A stretch of 64,000 bases of DNA, taken from positions 1,154,916 to 1,218,915 of the forward strand of contig RHPI01001037.1 of assembly GCA_009103225.1 (NCBI GenBank). The letters are read 5' to 3'. The stretch's first letter is position 1. Every line of letters begins with the position of its first letter. The translations under genes were made by a program, and so were the position numbers. The DNA comes from Chlorokybus atmophyticus (taxonomy: Eukaryota; Plantae; Mesostigma and Chlorokybus algae). Under the pieces are notes generated by a model. The model did no database searches. It was not told where the DNA came from and saw only the letters and a list, made by a program, of their open reading frames with translations. This document shows, one piece after another, positions 48,575 through 61,827 of this stretch.

Positions 48575-51500
48575 GCTTCAAGGGTAATACGTGGTTGGCT
48601 CCTGCACCTGTACGTGAATGGCTGCTGCGTGCATGTGCGTGGTGTGTGATGTGCTTCAGGTGCGTGATATAGTTGTGCGCGGGACTGTATGTGAGGTAGA
48701 CCAGTGTGCTATACAGCCGCAGATGTAAATAGATGTAACAAGTGTACATGCGCTGTGTGAGGTAGATTTGGCGTTTTACGCATCATGTACACAATCATAC
48801 AACCTAATCAAGGCAAGCTCAAGAAGTGGAAGGGGTTGCATGCAAATAGCACACAAGAGTAGAAAGCAACATAGCATTGATAACATCCAGCAAGGACAAA
48901 GTTAAGTGGGGCTTACCTCAGCTTCAATTGAGCACAACTACAAATCGTAGCATATCACCTTTTGTACACTGCAACTGACTAGGATTTGAATATGTCAGGC
49001 AGCAACGGCAGGCAAGGAAGGGCATGGGTGGAGATATGTATATGGAGTTTGATGTACTGTGTATTCCGTCTTGATGCACAGGATAAACGCGAGGTTGTCA
49101 TAAGCATGCATTAGTACACCATACATCACATAGCCAACCACACGCACATGCATGTATGACCACTGCGCTAATTGTATCTTGTACCATACCCCTACTCATA
49201 TTGCCGGTGTGTGAGGAATGCGTTACAAGTTATAAAAAATGTTATTGTGCGAAAACTATGATTATACAACGTTGACATTTGTCTGTACACCTATAAATGT
49301 ACAAACTCATGCCACAGGTCTATCGCACTCTACATGTGCACCTATAACTACACATTACTCTCTTTTGTGAAATTTGTCAAAAGAACAATCACGATATATG
49401 TTTCCATATCAAGAATATTGAGCATACACGTGATAAATGTGCGCCGATACAACCAGTCACATTTGTTATATGAACTGGCAATCAGAGAAGATGGTTTTTG
49501 CATAAAGTCAAGCTCTTTTATAGTGTGACATCGACAACCAAGCATATACCCATATATCTCAAATGGAATAAGTCTTATAATATTGATATATCATAAAATA
49601 TTTATTTTCTCAGGAAGAACCAACACATAACAGTAGCTCCGGCAATGTACAAATAATGCGAAACGGCAATGCACATGCGTGATGACATGCACAGTCAGCA
49701 GCATGCAGAGACACAATGTGCTTAATAATGGAAAAGAACACTGCGTTGTAATACCAAAATTTGGTGGAGACAGTGTGGTTTCCAAAACGAGAGTATATTG
49801 TATTATGTTGCTATTACAAAAACCATCGGACATGCATAGGCAAAGACCATGGCATGAACGTGACCACTGTGGTTAACAAGCTCAAGCGGGCAAAAACGAT
49901 GCAAAAAGTTTACAATTTGCAAGTTAGTTGTTAGACATAGGCATGGCACAGCAAGGCGTGTGCTGGGCTCCACAGCAGCACGCTCAGCAAGGCAGGACAA
50001 GCAGTAGGTAGCATTAGGGCCTCACTTGAAGCAACATGCATATGCATGCGGCATGCGCAATTTTCTACTTGCCTCAAGGGCTTGATGTTGGTTCCGGTTG
50101 ACCAACACCATGGCAATACCATGCTGACGAGTTGAACTTCCTCTGTGTGAGTAGTGATGTGTGGGCGCAAAGAGCGGGCGGGGTGATACTATAACGTGTG
50201 CATGCAGTGTGCATTGCGTGAGTGTGCGTGTGCATGACCATGCGTGACGTAGAGCAGCATATCACAGTACACACACCAATTTGCACATGTGTATAGAGTG
50301 TGTATACATAGCAAATGTTGTTGCACCTTTGAAGCTGACAATTTACAAATGTGCCGCTTGGCGTGTCTTACAAAACCATGGTGCGTGCATCAAAATAATT
50401 ATTGTCTGTTGAGCTGCATCTCATTTGGCCTGGGATACACATTGTCGTAGTTGTTAGGACAAAATTGCACATTTTATACATTAAGGATAGGCTTCTGTTG
50501 ATGACTTTGGCCACGGATAAGCTTAGACAACATTTATGCGAGTAAGTATGTATACCAATGTTGCTGCCTATGTGCATGTTTCGAGCACTTATACGCAATC
50601 GGTGGCTCGCAACACTCGTTCCATATATAATGCACTTGCATCTCCCCCATGTAATGTGGCACACGCAGTGTGCACTGCTCGGCCGCCAATGCTATGGAAG
50701 CTATGAAATTCCAAAATTGTCCTTTGTACGACCCGCATTGCATTTGGACGTGTTATTGCATTTATGCTAAAGTTGTGCATACCTTTAATGTGCCTGTTGA
50801 CAAGTGCGGCCACGTAAAGATGGCCGGCAAGCGCGACAGTTTTGTGCAACTTGGCGCTAGTCTTTTGCCCAACCACGAGCGCCAGTGCTGCCGTACAAAA
50901 AGGTTACACTTTAAGTGTAAGTTTGCGCAGGATCTCTTAGCGCCTTACCGCACGTGTAACATCCTTAATATTCAATGTGACGCTTATATTTAAAGCAATT
51001 CACCTTGCTACATTGAGGCACCTGCGATGGCTGATTCCACCTCACAAGCTGTGCAACTGGTGCATGTATGTCCACAACTTGCTGTGGATAGTATTTTTCT
51101 TGTTTCCAAAGACCAAAAAAGACACCATCCACAGCGCGATCCCTACCAGCATAGGTCACCAGTGAATCTAACAATATACAACCGTGCTTGCTTGATATTT
51201 TTTGCAAAACTATAGTGCGTACATTAAATGCCACAATGCTATTGTCTACTGAGGTGCATTCTATCCCCAAGTCTAATCAACACCAAATAACATGCTTTAA
51301 CTACAAAATGCGGCTGCATCTCGCATTCAATCAAAGCATGTTATTGAGCTGGTACATTGCTGTGGGTGCAACATCTCCAAGGGTTTGTTGCAACACCAAG
51401 GAGAGCCTGCCTACTATTGGTGGCAGGCGCCCCCCCGCGCAAGGACATGACACCTTATCAGTGGAAGTGCTGGAGTGACATGCTCACCAATAGTAGGCTC

Positions 51501-52436
51501 TCCTTGGTGGCAGGGATTTATGGCAGACATTGTTGCAACCAAACCTTGAAGATGTTGCAACCACAGCAATGTACCATCTTCCCTAGCCACAGCTTGTATG
51601 CGTGTGTGGGGTTGAACAACATCAATAATTCATCAACATCCCAATACATGGATATGCAAGTGTTGCACTGTTAGTGCTGCCATGCATACATGCATACACG
51701 CATGCCATCGTTACACTCTACTCGACATCCATCACATGCACGAGCACTACTGTACGCAAGTGCTGCGTCTACTTTTATTGTCGGGCGACATTGTGCCCCC
51801 GATGTCCACTTCTGAACATTGGTGAAAACAATAGGCGGGTAGAGCAGGCCTGGGAATATGACCCTCCAACTTGTATCCACCTGCCTTCCCGCAGGTTGTC
51901 ACACATCAATACCACACAGGTATGCACCATGCGGTTGGCTTATAAGTTGGCTTATTAGGCTATCTTACATGCTTAAACGAGTAAAGCTTCAATTGCTCAA
52001 TACAAAGCACCATGCAATTGGCTTAAGAGAGCATTATTTATTGTGATGCAACGCATTCAAAAGTATACAAGATTTGCGAGCAGACTGTACGGTGTATACT
52101 TTGCAGCATGCTGGCCTCAAACATGGTATGTATAAGTCGCCTAGCAGCATACATCCTTTAACATTGTGGCCTCAACATCTACATCAATCTCTGGTCTGCT
52201 ACTTCCTTCGTTGTTGTTTGTGCTGCACTTGCAAGAACGGCATAGCGTAAGCAAGGGTTAAACAATAGCAACAACAACGACCACAAACATAGCGTCGCAA
52301 CACGCACAATTGGCTCTGCCGCCACTGCACACAGAGTAACGGGCTACGCATGGGCTACCTGATGAGCATGCCCAGCAGCAGCTTGGCATACACGTCAGCT
52401 TGCTTGCGGAAAGTTGGCCCTAGCGGTGGTTGCGAC

Positions 52437-54015
52437 GACGTCGTCGCAAATTTTACACGGTGACGGTCCAAGAAATCAGAGACTGACATGTACCTGACCC
52501 TACCTGATTGGACCTGACCAAACGGATTGGTCCATAAAGGGACTTATAGGACGGCCGGTGGTACTCAGCACCATTTAATGACGGTCAGCGGTCGGCCAAT
52601 CGGTACACGCGACGGAAGCCTGCCCATAATAACTAGCACGTGACGTCACCGCATCTTCAAGTGAAGGCCGATCGCCGGTCGTTTTTCCCCCCCCTCAGTA
52701 GCGACCCGTCTGATGTAGCAGAAAGTCACCTTTCGATCATCTACAGTGACAACCGGCCGCCGGTCGTAGCATGACCGTCGTACCGTATGCGCGGCGGCTT
52801 GCCTACTATGGCAAGCTAGTTACCGTTAGTCCCCTACTACATGACTTGCCCGCATCCTGGGTGCCGACCGCCGGCCGTCCGTTAGTGCGGCGGCGACCTC
52901 ATGACCAGCGAGTAACCGCCCGTCCCTTTTTGTTTTTTTGCCGGCGAGTAATGCGTAACAATGGTACAATTCTTGTACCATTGCGGCGACTAACGTACAT
53001 TTTTAATAGTACAAAACTCTAATACAATAGCACCATCGTATCATACTGATGGTACGATGGTGCCATTGTGACAACGCGTTTGAATCACTTGGGTTGCCAA
53101 GGTTCAAAGGCTCAACAGCTTTAAGCAAGTTGAACCGTTAAGTTGTCCAGTGGCGGTGGCGGTGGCGGCGGCAACGGACAACAAGAATTAAGCAATACGC
53201 TGTGCTGTAGCGTTGTGTTGTGCGCAGCAGCGCATATAAGCTAACTGCCCTTCTAATCTCAGGGCGGCCAGGCCAGGCTAAGCCAAGCCAGGCTAAGCTA
53301 GGCTAGGCCAGGCCAGGCCAGGCTAGGCTAGGCGAGGCCAGGCTAGGCGACGGCGGCATGTGCGTGTAAGGTATAACATTGTGAGTATTGTTGTGTATGC
53401 TGCTGTTGATGGCGCTGGTGTGATTGACTTGTGCTTGCAGGAGCGGCGATCGACAAGGATCGGCGGTAAAGGTGGAGCGCAGGAGCGGCAGCTTGGGACA
53501 AGGCCTTATATTATAGGGGGTAGGTAGTAGTAGTAGTAGTTCATGTTGTAGCATGGTACCAGTATGACTTGCAATATATATATTATGATCTCTTTGATGA
53601 TTGTTTTGCTTATTGTTGGTGACACTCACGTGAGGTATTTAGTCATGACTGAACGGTACCTAACATGTACCTTTAAAGGTACCATTCAGTAATGGCAAGT
53701 ACTATAAGGTACTTGTGAGGCACAGTCAGTTAGTGTACTGTCGCCCGTATCTACCTGTTGGATACCGGCTAGTTACTTGTCAGTTAGGTTAAGTCCCTTT
53801 TGCTTAACTGATAGGTATCCTTACAGGTACCTGTCAGTTAGAGTCGGTCCCTTGATGCAGACGGTCGCCGACTAATGGTCACGGCCGTTATGCTTAGGCC
53901 CCTGTATCAAGATCGCCAGTAGATTGAACAACGACAGTCCAACTCAGTATCCTCAGACCCACGACCGTTCTCTATACGAGTCGGCCGTTAGGAGTAACAT
54001 TTTGCGACGGATGTC
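52437..54015. mobile_element. Non-autonomous terminal-inverted-repeat DNA element (~1.58 kb)
   Basis: Left end GACGT-CGTCGCAAA-TTTTAC matches the reverse complement of the right end, GACATCCGTCGCAAAATGTTAC. Many subterminal GACGGTC/GACCG motifs; no credible ORF. The paralogous site in copy A (~42820, ttggtggcgatgacgatgggg) is empty. Confidence 0.8.
53265..53350. repeat. (AGGCY)n pentanucleotide tandem repeat inside the TIR element
   Basis: ggccaggctaagccaagccaggctaagctaggctaggccaggccaggcc... Confidence 0.9.
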
Positions 54016-55694
54016 GATGACGATGGGGGAGGCCAAGGCGGAGCTGATAGAGGTGGAGGGAGGGGTAGCACAAGACGAGACGAACGTGGTGCCGGAGGGG
54101 GACGAGGAGGCAGCCCCAGTATGTTTCTACGTGCCTCTCAATCTGCTGAGGCTGTGACTGTGTGATGCTTAACTATCAGCGTCTTGCTCATTCAACGCAT
54201 AGCCTTGGTGCGTTTGCTTGACTCGGTTGTCAACTGCTGCATGCTGCATAAATCGATTGGCTTGGAAAAGCAGTGCTTAGATGGCTGAGCTGCTTAAGCC
54301 ACTTGACTTACTTATGGTAACCTATGAAGATTGCAGTCGCTTGCAACTGCGGTCACCTTTTTTGACAACAACTTCATGTGTTTATGTTTGCATGCATACA
54401 AAGCAGGGTAACGCTGAGACACGTCATTGCGGTGCTCACTCGGTGTTAATTAAGAGATTGAAAGCCCTTGTATATCTACTGACACAGGATAATCTGTTTA
54501 GTAGTACAACACATACTCAAACTTGCTTCCACCCTCATCGGTACACCACCAATGAGGGAGAAAGCAAGCCGGTAGGACCGACAGTAAGGTAACAACCACA
54601 AGATTAATTGCTGCTGTGTAGTGCTGCAGGTCAGAAGATGTACAAGAAAGCGTATGAAACCGTATACAACATACAATCAGCGTTAGCCAGCATAACGGGC
54701 AGCAGCGTGTTGCAGTAAACACACTGCCGTCATTGATTATGGATTCAAGTTGCTAGTGCGTGTGTACAGTGCAGGCCATGACAGTGGTATGCAATCTTGT
54801 TGGTACCCAAAGTCCTTCATTTGCATCGCCACTGCAGCGCATGCTTTGGCGTACACCGCCTGTGCACAACACTCTTTCGCCCTCGACAGCGACCGCAGCA
54901 ACCTTCATTCGCTCAATTACCAAGGTGAGCTCGGTTCCTACATGGGTGAGCAAGTGGAGAACGTACAGACTGTGACGCACTCCATGGAGCGGACTGCAAC
55001 GAGGAATATCCTTGTGGTACAAGTTGGTTGCGCTCACATTGATCCTAGTCATTCAACTTGTAACCGACAGCTTGCATGGTGAGGTGCAGGTCTGCACGAG
55101 GTCCTTGCCGCCGCTTTCAGTGGGCCAAGTCCAACCCTGCAATGACAGCGCTGCTCGATGCATACAAGAGATACTTCATGCCTGCTGCTAGTCACATATA
55201 GAACCATATTGAAGGTGACAGCGCATAAGGATGCCTTTATTGTACCGTGCAAGCGGCTTGCATGGGCACCTGCGGCGGTTAGGCAGTTTAAGAGTTGCTG
55301 GCGTCCGCAGGGCTCTTCATGGGCTGCATGCACTATGCGCATAACTTGCTGCATAACTACACTGCTGCACAGCTAACAGTCAGCACGACACGCACGCTCT
55401 TACGAGTGGCGCATCAACCCTTGCTGGCCACACGCGCGCGCACGCGCGCGCGCATGAACACACACTTCCGCACGCACTGCGGTGCCACGACTGACAGGGG
55501 TTGCCAGGCACAGCACCGACAGCGATGCTGCGCTGGTGGCGGACAAGGACAAGTGGGTGGCAGAGGAGGGGGATGAGGAAGGCCGGGGGGAGTCCCTGTC
55601 GTCTTGCCTGCTGATTGCCCCTGCGCTGCTGTCAACGGCGACTGACGTTGCTGGCGCCTGCTGTACAGGTACTGTACTTGGCTTGGCTTGAAGT

Positions 55695-56084
55695 GAGAGC
55701 GAGATCGAGCGAGAGAGAGAGAGCGAGCGAGGGAGCAAGGGAGCGAGGGAGGGAGGGAGAGGGAGGGAGAGGGAGAGAGGGAGGGAGGGAGGGAGAGCGA
55801 GAGAGCGAGAGAGCGAGAGCGCGAGAGCGAGAGAGCGAGAGAGCGAGAGAGCGAGAGAGCGAGAGCGAGAGCGAGAGCGAGAGCGAGAGAGAGAGCGAGA
55901 GAGAGAGAGAGCGAGAGCGAGAGCGAGAGAGAGAGCGAGAGAGAGAGAGAGCGGGAGCGAGAGAGCGAGCGAGAGCGAGAGCGAGAGCGAGAGCGAGAGC
56001 GAGAGCGAGAGCGAGAGCGAGAGCGAGCGCGAGAGAGAGAGAGAGAGTTTTGAGAGCGAGAGAGAGAGAGAGAGAGAGAGGGAG
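55695..56084. repeat. Compound (GA)n/(GAGC)n/(GAGG)n microsatellite, ~390 bp
   Basis: Directly visible purine-rich gagagcgaga repeats. Confidence 0.97.
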
Positions 56085-57088
56085 GTGACAAACGCATAGC
56101 GCCGGTGGTGAGAAGCTCAGTCCAACAGAGATGCGCAGATGTCTTGCAGTCTCAACCCCAGGATTGACGCGGTAAGGGTGGCAACAATCTAGATTGTGCC
56201 TGACGCTCCAACCCTTGCATTGTTCTGACTCCGAAACCTAGCCAACTTCATAGAGGCGCCCTGTAAGAGTAAACTGCTTTGTACATCTGTCAGCTTAGCT
56301 TGATCAATGGAGGTTGCGTTGACATTAGGCAATGACTCAGCAGGACTGACTCTGATTGCCATCAGTAGCTATTGACCAATGGTGCTCGCATGTTTACAGC
56401 TTCACCGTGTCTACATACTTACCTTGCCCGATATCTAGCACCGCGTGCATGCATTACTCAGATTGATTGCATGTGCCCCTTGTTAGACGGTGCAGCAGCA
56501 GGAGCAGCAGCATGCTAGCAGCGAAAAGAGCTTGATGACCACGAATATCCTTGTAGCTTTCTGCCATGATCCGCATCTGTCATGCACCCGGAACTTCTAA
56601 TGCAGACAGCCCGGCTGTCTGCATTCGTTGAAGGCGCCGACTAGCAGGCAGAAGCCCAAGTTGCATACTTCAAGTCTAACCCTGCTCCACAGGGTTAGAC
56701 TTGACCCTTCCCACAGCTCTCCTCCTCGGCTCGCGTGATACGCCCGTACAGCAGAAGACGATTGTGTTCGACGAAGATACCGCACTTGTACCTAGAAAAA
56801 GGTACCTTGGTTGGTTGTTTCGTACTATAGCAGGGCGGCTGGCGGATTCTGTACACCTGCATGAAAACATCTGGAGGGAAGTCCTCGCCATGTTGCTTGA
56901 TGCTGCCACGCAAGCATGAGAAGTTCATTGTGAACACATTCCTTCAGGCCCAGCTGCTTTGTCGCGAAGACCAGCGAGCGTGCGGGCGTGAGCGGTGCTC
57001 TTCTAAGGTATAATTTGTAAAAAGGCGTCACCAGAACACAGGCAAGGCAGAGGCGGAGGCGCATGCGGCAGCGCTTGGAGCCAGCATC

Positions 57089-59966
57089 ATGGCCGTTCCT
57101 GCTCATGCGCTAGCCGTTCTGGTCGTCCTAGCGGCTGTTGCCTTCACTTCCACAGGTGTGTGACCACAGTTGCGAGCGGGTTCCAACAAGTCTCACGCAG
57201 AAATCAAAATGCGCAGGCAGCGTTAGCATGGTTCTCCTGCTAGCATGATGTAGCCGATCTTGGGTGATTTGATTGTGTGCAGCAACAGCAGCTGCAGCAG
57301 CTGCTCCTGCGCCGTTTTGGGGTGCTCATGGGGATGTCTCGTTTATAGAGACCTCTTTCATCCCAGAGATGTCTGCTGCGTGCCAGTGCTACCGCATGGA
57401 ATGTAGCCTTTGGAGCAGGATGCATGGGTGCTGATATTACTAGTAACGGCCTGGAGGGTCAATCATGATGCCCATGTGTGATCACGGTGGTTTTATGTAT
57501 ACTACAGCAGCACGAATCATAGTGTGGTTGATGTGCCGCTGCTGCCACAATAAGACTAACGATATCGTTGTTGTCGTTGTCATTGGTGATTACTGATTAC
57601 GAACTAGTAACTGACTGGGTAGAGTGCAACAGTGCTAGGGGCCGTGGACCCGTTGAAGGCGTCAATCTCAGGCTATCTGTTTTGCGACCGCTGCAACAAC
57701 CGATTCAACGACACGGGTGACTACCCCCTTGCTGGCGTGACGGTGACAGCTGGGTGCAGGTACTTTTGTGCCAGACCCGCGTTCTGCCACAGCGACACAG
57801 AGTATACCACAAGCACCGATGTCGACGGCTACTACGGGTTCAAGAACGTGATCGACACATATGAGTCGTTTGAGAGGGACACGGGTTCAGCCGGCGGTGA
57901 TTACTTCTGTTCTGTGTCCCTCGAAGACAGGGGTGGGGGTGGTTTGACAGTGCCGCCGCCGTGCGATGTGTACACGCTCTCTTCGCGTCTTACAGACCTG
58001 TGCGACTCCAACCAGCTGTGGTTAAAGTACAACTTCGAGCCGCACGCTGGCGATGTCATCACAACCGGACGCACCTGCTTTAGCGAAAGGCCTAGCCCTG
58101 GCTCCTGCCAACAGCAGTCTCGGCCACAAGTCAAAGGTGCGTCAGACACATGAGAGGCATCGCTCTTTTTGTTACACGCATCCATATGTGTGCATGCATC
58201 CACATGGTGGCACGCACATGCACGCACGCGCGCATGTACACAAGTGTGCAATTGGCAATGACAGTGAAACTGACTTGACCACACCTTTGCTTGGCAGAAT
58301 GCGCGCAGCGGATCCTCTATCAATCGACAACCTCTTGTGGTTCATATGCATGCGACACGCTTGTCATCAACTCCCTTCCAGCTGGTCAGGACATATTCTC
58401 AAACGACTCCACGCAGCCCGTCGAGCTGTACTCAATACCGTACTGGATGGGATCCTTCGCGTCCCGGATCGAAGGTCTCACAGTCTCCGGAGGTGACAGA
58501 CAGCATGCCAATGCAGCATGCATCAGAGGTTGGCTCTGATGAATATGTTTCCACAGACAGCATGTATTGGGCGGAGCTGGTCAATGTCACTGACACCTGG
58601 TCGCGGTTCACAACGACGTGGCGGTTCCTTTCGGCACCCAGCAATGCCACGGAGCGCATTCCCACATCGCAAATACGTGTTCTGTTCGACAATGTGGTAC
58701 TCCCCTGGGGGGCGTATCGCCTCGACAGCTTTGCTGTGGACTACACCGCAGGTAAGTTTGTTGCTGAGACTCTTACATCTGCTGCTTCTGACATGTGGTG
58801 CTGCTGCGTAGACCAAGCGTTTGTGCTCGTGTGCAACGATATACCCTCGTACCACCCAGCAAACGAGGGTGACGTAGTGATATATGTGACGGGACAATCA
58901 CTTGGCGGCACCCAACCAGTGATATACAAGGCAGTGAAGGGCCCAAATATGCGTCCTGGAACGCGAGCCACCATCACCAGCCTGCAAATTGACACGTCTG
59001 GTATGTTGTAGTGGTGGTGGTGGTGTGTGTGTGTGTGTGTTGGGGGGGATGCGGTCTGAACTGCTGGTTGTGTGTGTTTGACAGTGACTCTATGTATCAC
59101 TGTGCAGCAAAGCCCACGCCAATGCTCTACTGGATTGAGACGCGGAAGCTGATCAAAAGCAGCAATGGCTCTAGGACTGAATATCTCAACACCGTTATTA
59201 GGCGTGGGGCTCTGTCACATAACAGAATAGAGCACCTGAAGGACGTGCAGGTGTTGTTCAAGCGCACCATGGCATGCGGGGGGCCGTATGATTTTGAAGG
59301 CATGCCAGTGACACAGCTGCAAGTGGACCCCGTCAACAGGCGCCTCTATGCGCTTCACAATGCGTACTACGCCATTTACCGGACCAATAAAAAGAACTCT
59401 GCGTCGTATCTAGGTGTGTATGACATCGGTTCTGCAAGCAGCAAGCAACCCACCTCCCGCACATTGCTACGCCCGCTTGGAGTGTTTGTGTTTCATTGTC
59501 GCATCGATGTTTATTCTGGTAAGCTGACACATACCATTGAGTTGAAGCCTCGGCTATATGATGTGCAATCCACATATATTGATATTGGTAATATGTTTCC
59601 CACCAGATCCCCCCATCATGTACGCGCTGTCCGGCGGTCCCTCTAATGCAATGTACAAGCTTCAACTGAAACGCCTGGATCGCTGTGTTAACAGAGGCAC
59701 AATGGCTGTACCGCCATATCAGGTGGCACCACACGCTTTCGCCTATGTAGACAATATTCACATCTCTTACGGTGCGTGACATGTTTATCGCAACTGCTGC
59801 AGTAAGGTAGTCTGCGTATACTGGGGGTGTGGTAGAGTTGGCATTGCTTTTTCCCAGGCTGACATGTCCGTGCTGACGTGCAGACCCAGCTTGTCTGAAT
59901 TTGAACGCTCTCCAACAAGCTTCAAGGGCGATGCGTGGTTGCAGCAAAACGAGCTCCTTCAAGTAG
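57089..59966 (+). CDS. Uncharacterised secreted protein, paralogue B, ~602 aa
   Basis: Exons 57089-57155, 57633-58136, 58298-58492, 58557-58751, 58812-59000, 59108-59518, 59607-59771, 59884-59966 total 1809 nt and stay open. Signal peptide is identical to paralogue A and the domain layout is the same. Confidence 0.82.
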
Positions 59967-61827
59967 AATATGCAAGGGCGTTCATGTGTGCATAGTGTAC
60001 CATACAACAGGGTTGTGGGTTAAGTCACTGTTCAGTTAGTGTTTCAGTAATGCACAACTGCTGCAATCTGCGTGGAAAAGAGATGGGCTAAGCATTGGCA
60101 ATGAGATTCTCTCATTCAGCATCCCAACACAACCAATCAACTATTCTCTTTGAAACATGGTTCCAGCGCTTCTCGCATATTGGACACACCATTCAAGAAC
60201 TTGGCTACGCTCTTCACCATGAACACACCTGCCACAGACACTGCAAAACACATGATGACTCACCACCTTAGTGAAATCACGGAGCCATCAATGGAGTTAC
60301 AAGACAAACAACTAGCCTTCTGCCTCCACCATGCTTCTGAACTGCCGAGTCCCCCCTCCCACCCCAAAATAATACGGCTTCGCAGCGATCAGTGCATACG
60401 TGTGCGGCCTCCTCAAACATTGCCACTTGATACATCCGCGCCTTGCAAACGATATATAGGCAAGTCCACACTCATTCTCTTGCTACCGTAAGGATGAGCT
60501 CGTACAGCCGCAGTTGGGGCGTTCCGGGTATATCGTCTCAGATGAGAGTATAATTTTGTATACGGTTGTTGCTATCATCATCGCAGGTCAATCTCAGCAA
60601 TGGTGACTTGGCATGTCTGCCAAGTCACCGGCAAAGAAGCGTGCCGTGAAAGTGGTGTTTGTGGCCTCCTTCGCGTTCATGCTGGCTCGCATATTGGTAA
60701 CGGGGATTGTCAATGCTGTCAACACGCCCTCACTGTGATTATGAAGATGATCCTCTCCCACACCCTGAGCGCAAACATAACAGAATTACGACTACTAGTT
60801 GTGAAAAGCCCTTTCCTAGGGATATGATATCTCTAAGCGATATCCCGGATTTCGCTTCGCACATTCGCATGTATATAGAAACATCTACCAAGATCATGGC
60901 CACTATGCTAGGCAAACTAACTCAAGTGGTTGGCAACCACCGCCACGGTATGTGCAACGGTGATTACAAGTGGTAGTGGGTTTAGATGAGTAATATCAGG
61001 ATATGCTTAGCCCTGTGGTGATCACAACCGCTACTCGTTGCTGATGTTTCATTGCATGCCATGCATGTCTCGTGCTTGTAGCATACACCTCATTGCATAG
61101 GGTATAAGTTATATTGCACACATGGAGTCCGTGCACACTCATGTCATACAATAGCAAGAAGCAAGCACATGAGCAAATAATTACACCTATATAACACCCG
61201 GGGCCATTGCACGACTCCGAGTCGTGCTTATCATAGAGTCTATGATAAGTGACCCTATGTGCAATGCAATGCCGTGGGTGTATGGACAAAGCGGCAGCAG
61301 CGGCAAGCAGTCACCAACTTGAGCTGCACAGTGTAGCAACAATTGGAACGGTAGGAGACGGGACACGAACAGCAAGCAGGCGTGATGTGTGCAATGTTGT
61401 ACAGTTCTCCAACACGCCCGCCCCTTCCCCTGCCACTCTCGCGCTTTGGTTGTGCTCTGGCGGCGCGACGAGGGTGTTATGAAATGCTCGCCAGCGCTCG
61501 CAGCCTGTTGAGTTAGTAGTGCGTAGGCAGTAGGCAATGGTTGACATCCCGAGTCATAACGATTGCAAAGCTATTAGCCAGTCGGCAGCATGCATTAGGC
61601 AGAAATGAAGTGTCACTTAAGCATACAGTCACACAATGACCTAGCAGCAAGCACATAACACTACTAGCCCCTAGGCCTATTAGACTGCATGAGGGCAGAC
61701 CAGTTGTTCCCCTCATGTACTCGCTCACCTGCACTCACCTGGCGCCATGGTTGCCATCTTTTCTCACTGGCTGTTGCTGCCTTTACATGCCTTCACTACC
61801 TACATGTAGAAGTGCAACGGTGAGACA

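Larger units (their letters stand above)
42510..48600. repeat. Segmental duplication, copy A
   Basis: Collinear similarity to 52220-59970 across non-coding upstream DNA, exons and introns. Examples: 42826 atgacgatgggggagg = 54018; 43890 gtctgcacgaggtccttgcc = 55091; ATG 45457 = ATG 57089. Confidence 0.92.
52220..59970. repeat. Segmental duplication, copy B (contains a TIR element insertion and a GA-rich microsatellite)
   Basis: Collinear with 42510-48600 apart from the 52437-54015 insertion. Confidence 0.92.

Noticed and set aside
49500-51960. Short ORFs in the spacer between the duplicates as a degraded transposase
   Set aside because: No recognisable DDE, RT, helicase or zinc-finger motif could be reconstructed by eye.
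52359-52412. Hammerhead-ribozyme-like CTGATGA...GAAA (also CTGATGA at 38195)
   Set aside because: Stems I-III and a correctly placed GAAA/UH cannot be formed, and the paralogous copy A lacks the core.
55414-56097. Long (ER)n, (RA)n and (SL)n ORFs
   Set aside because: They are translations of the GA/GAGC microsatellite and have no other coding features.
60150-60976. Possible Copia RNase H-like remnant (AKHMMTHHL, KPFPR)
   Set aside because: Similarity is limited to a few residues in different frames with the wrong spacing.
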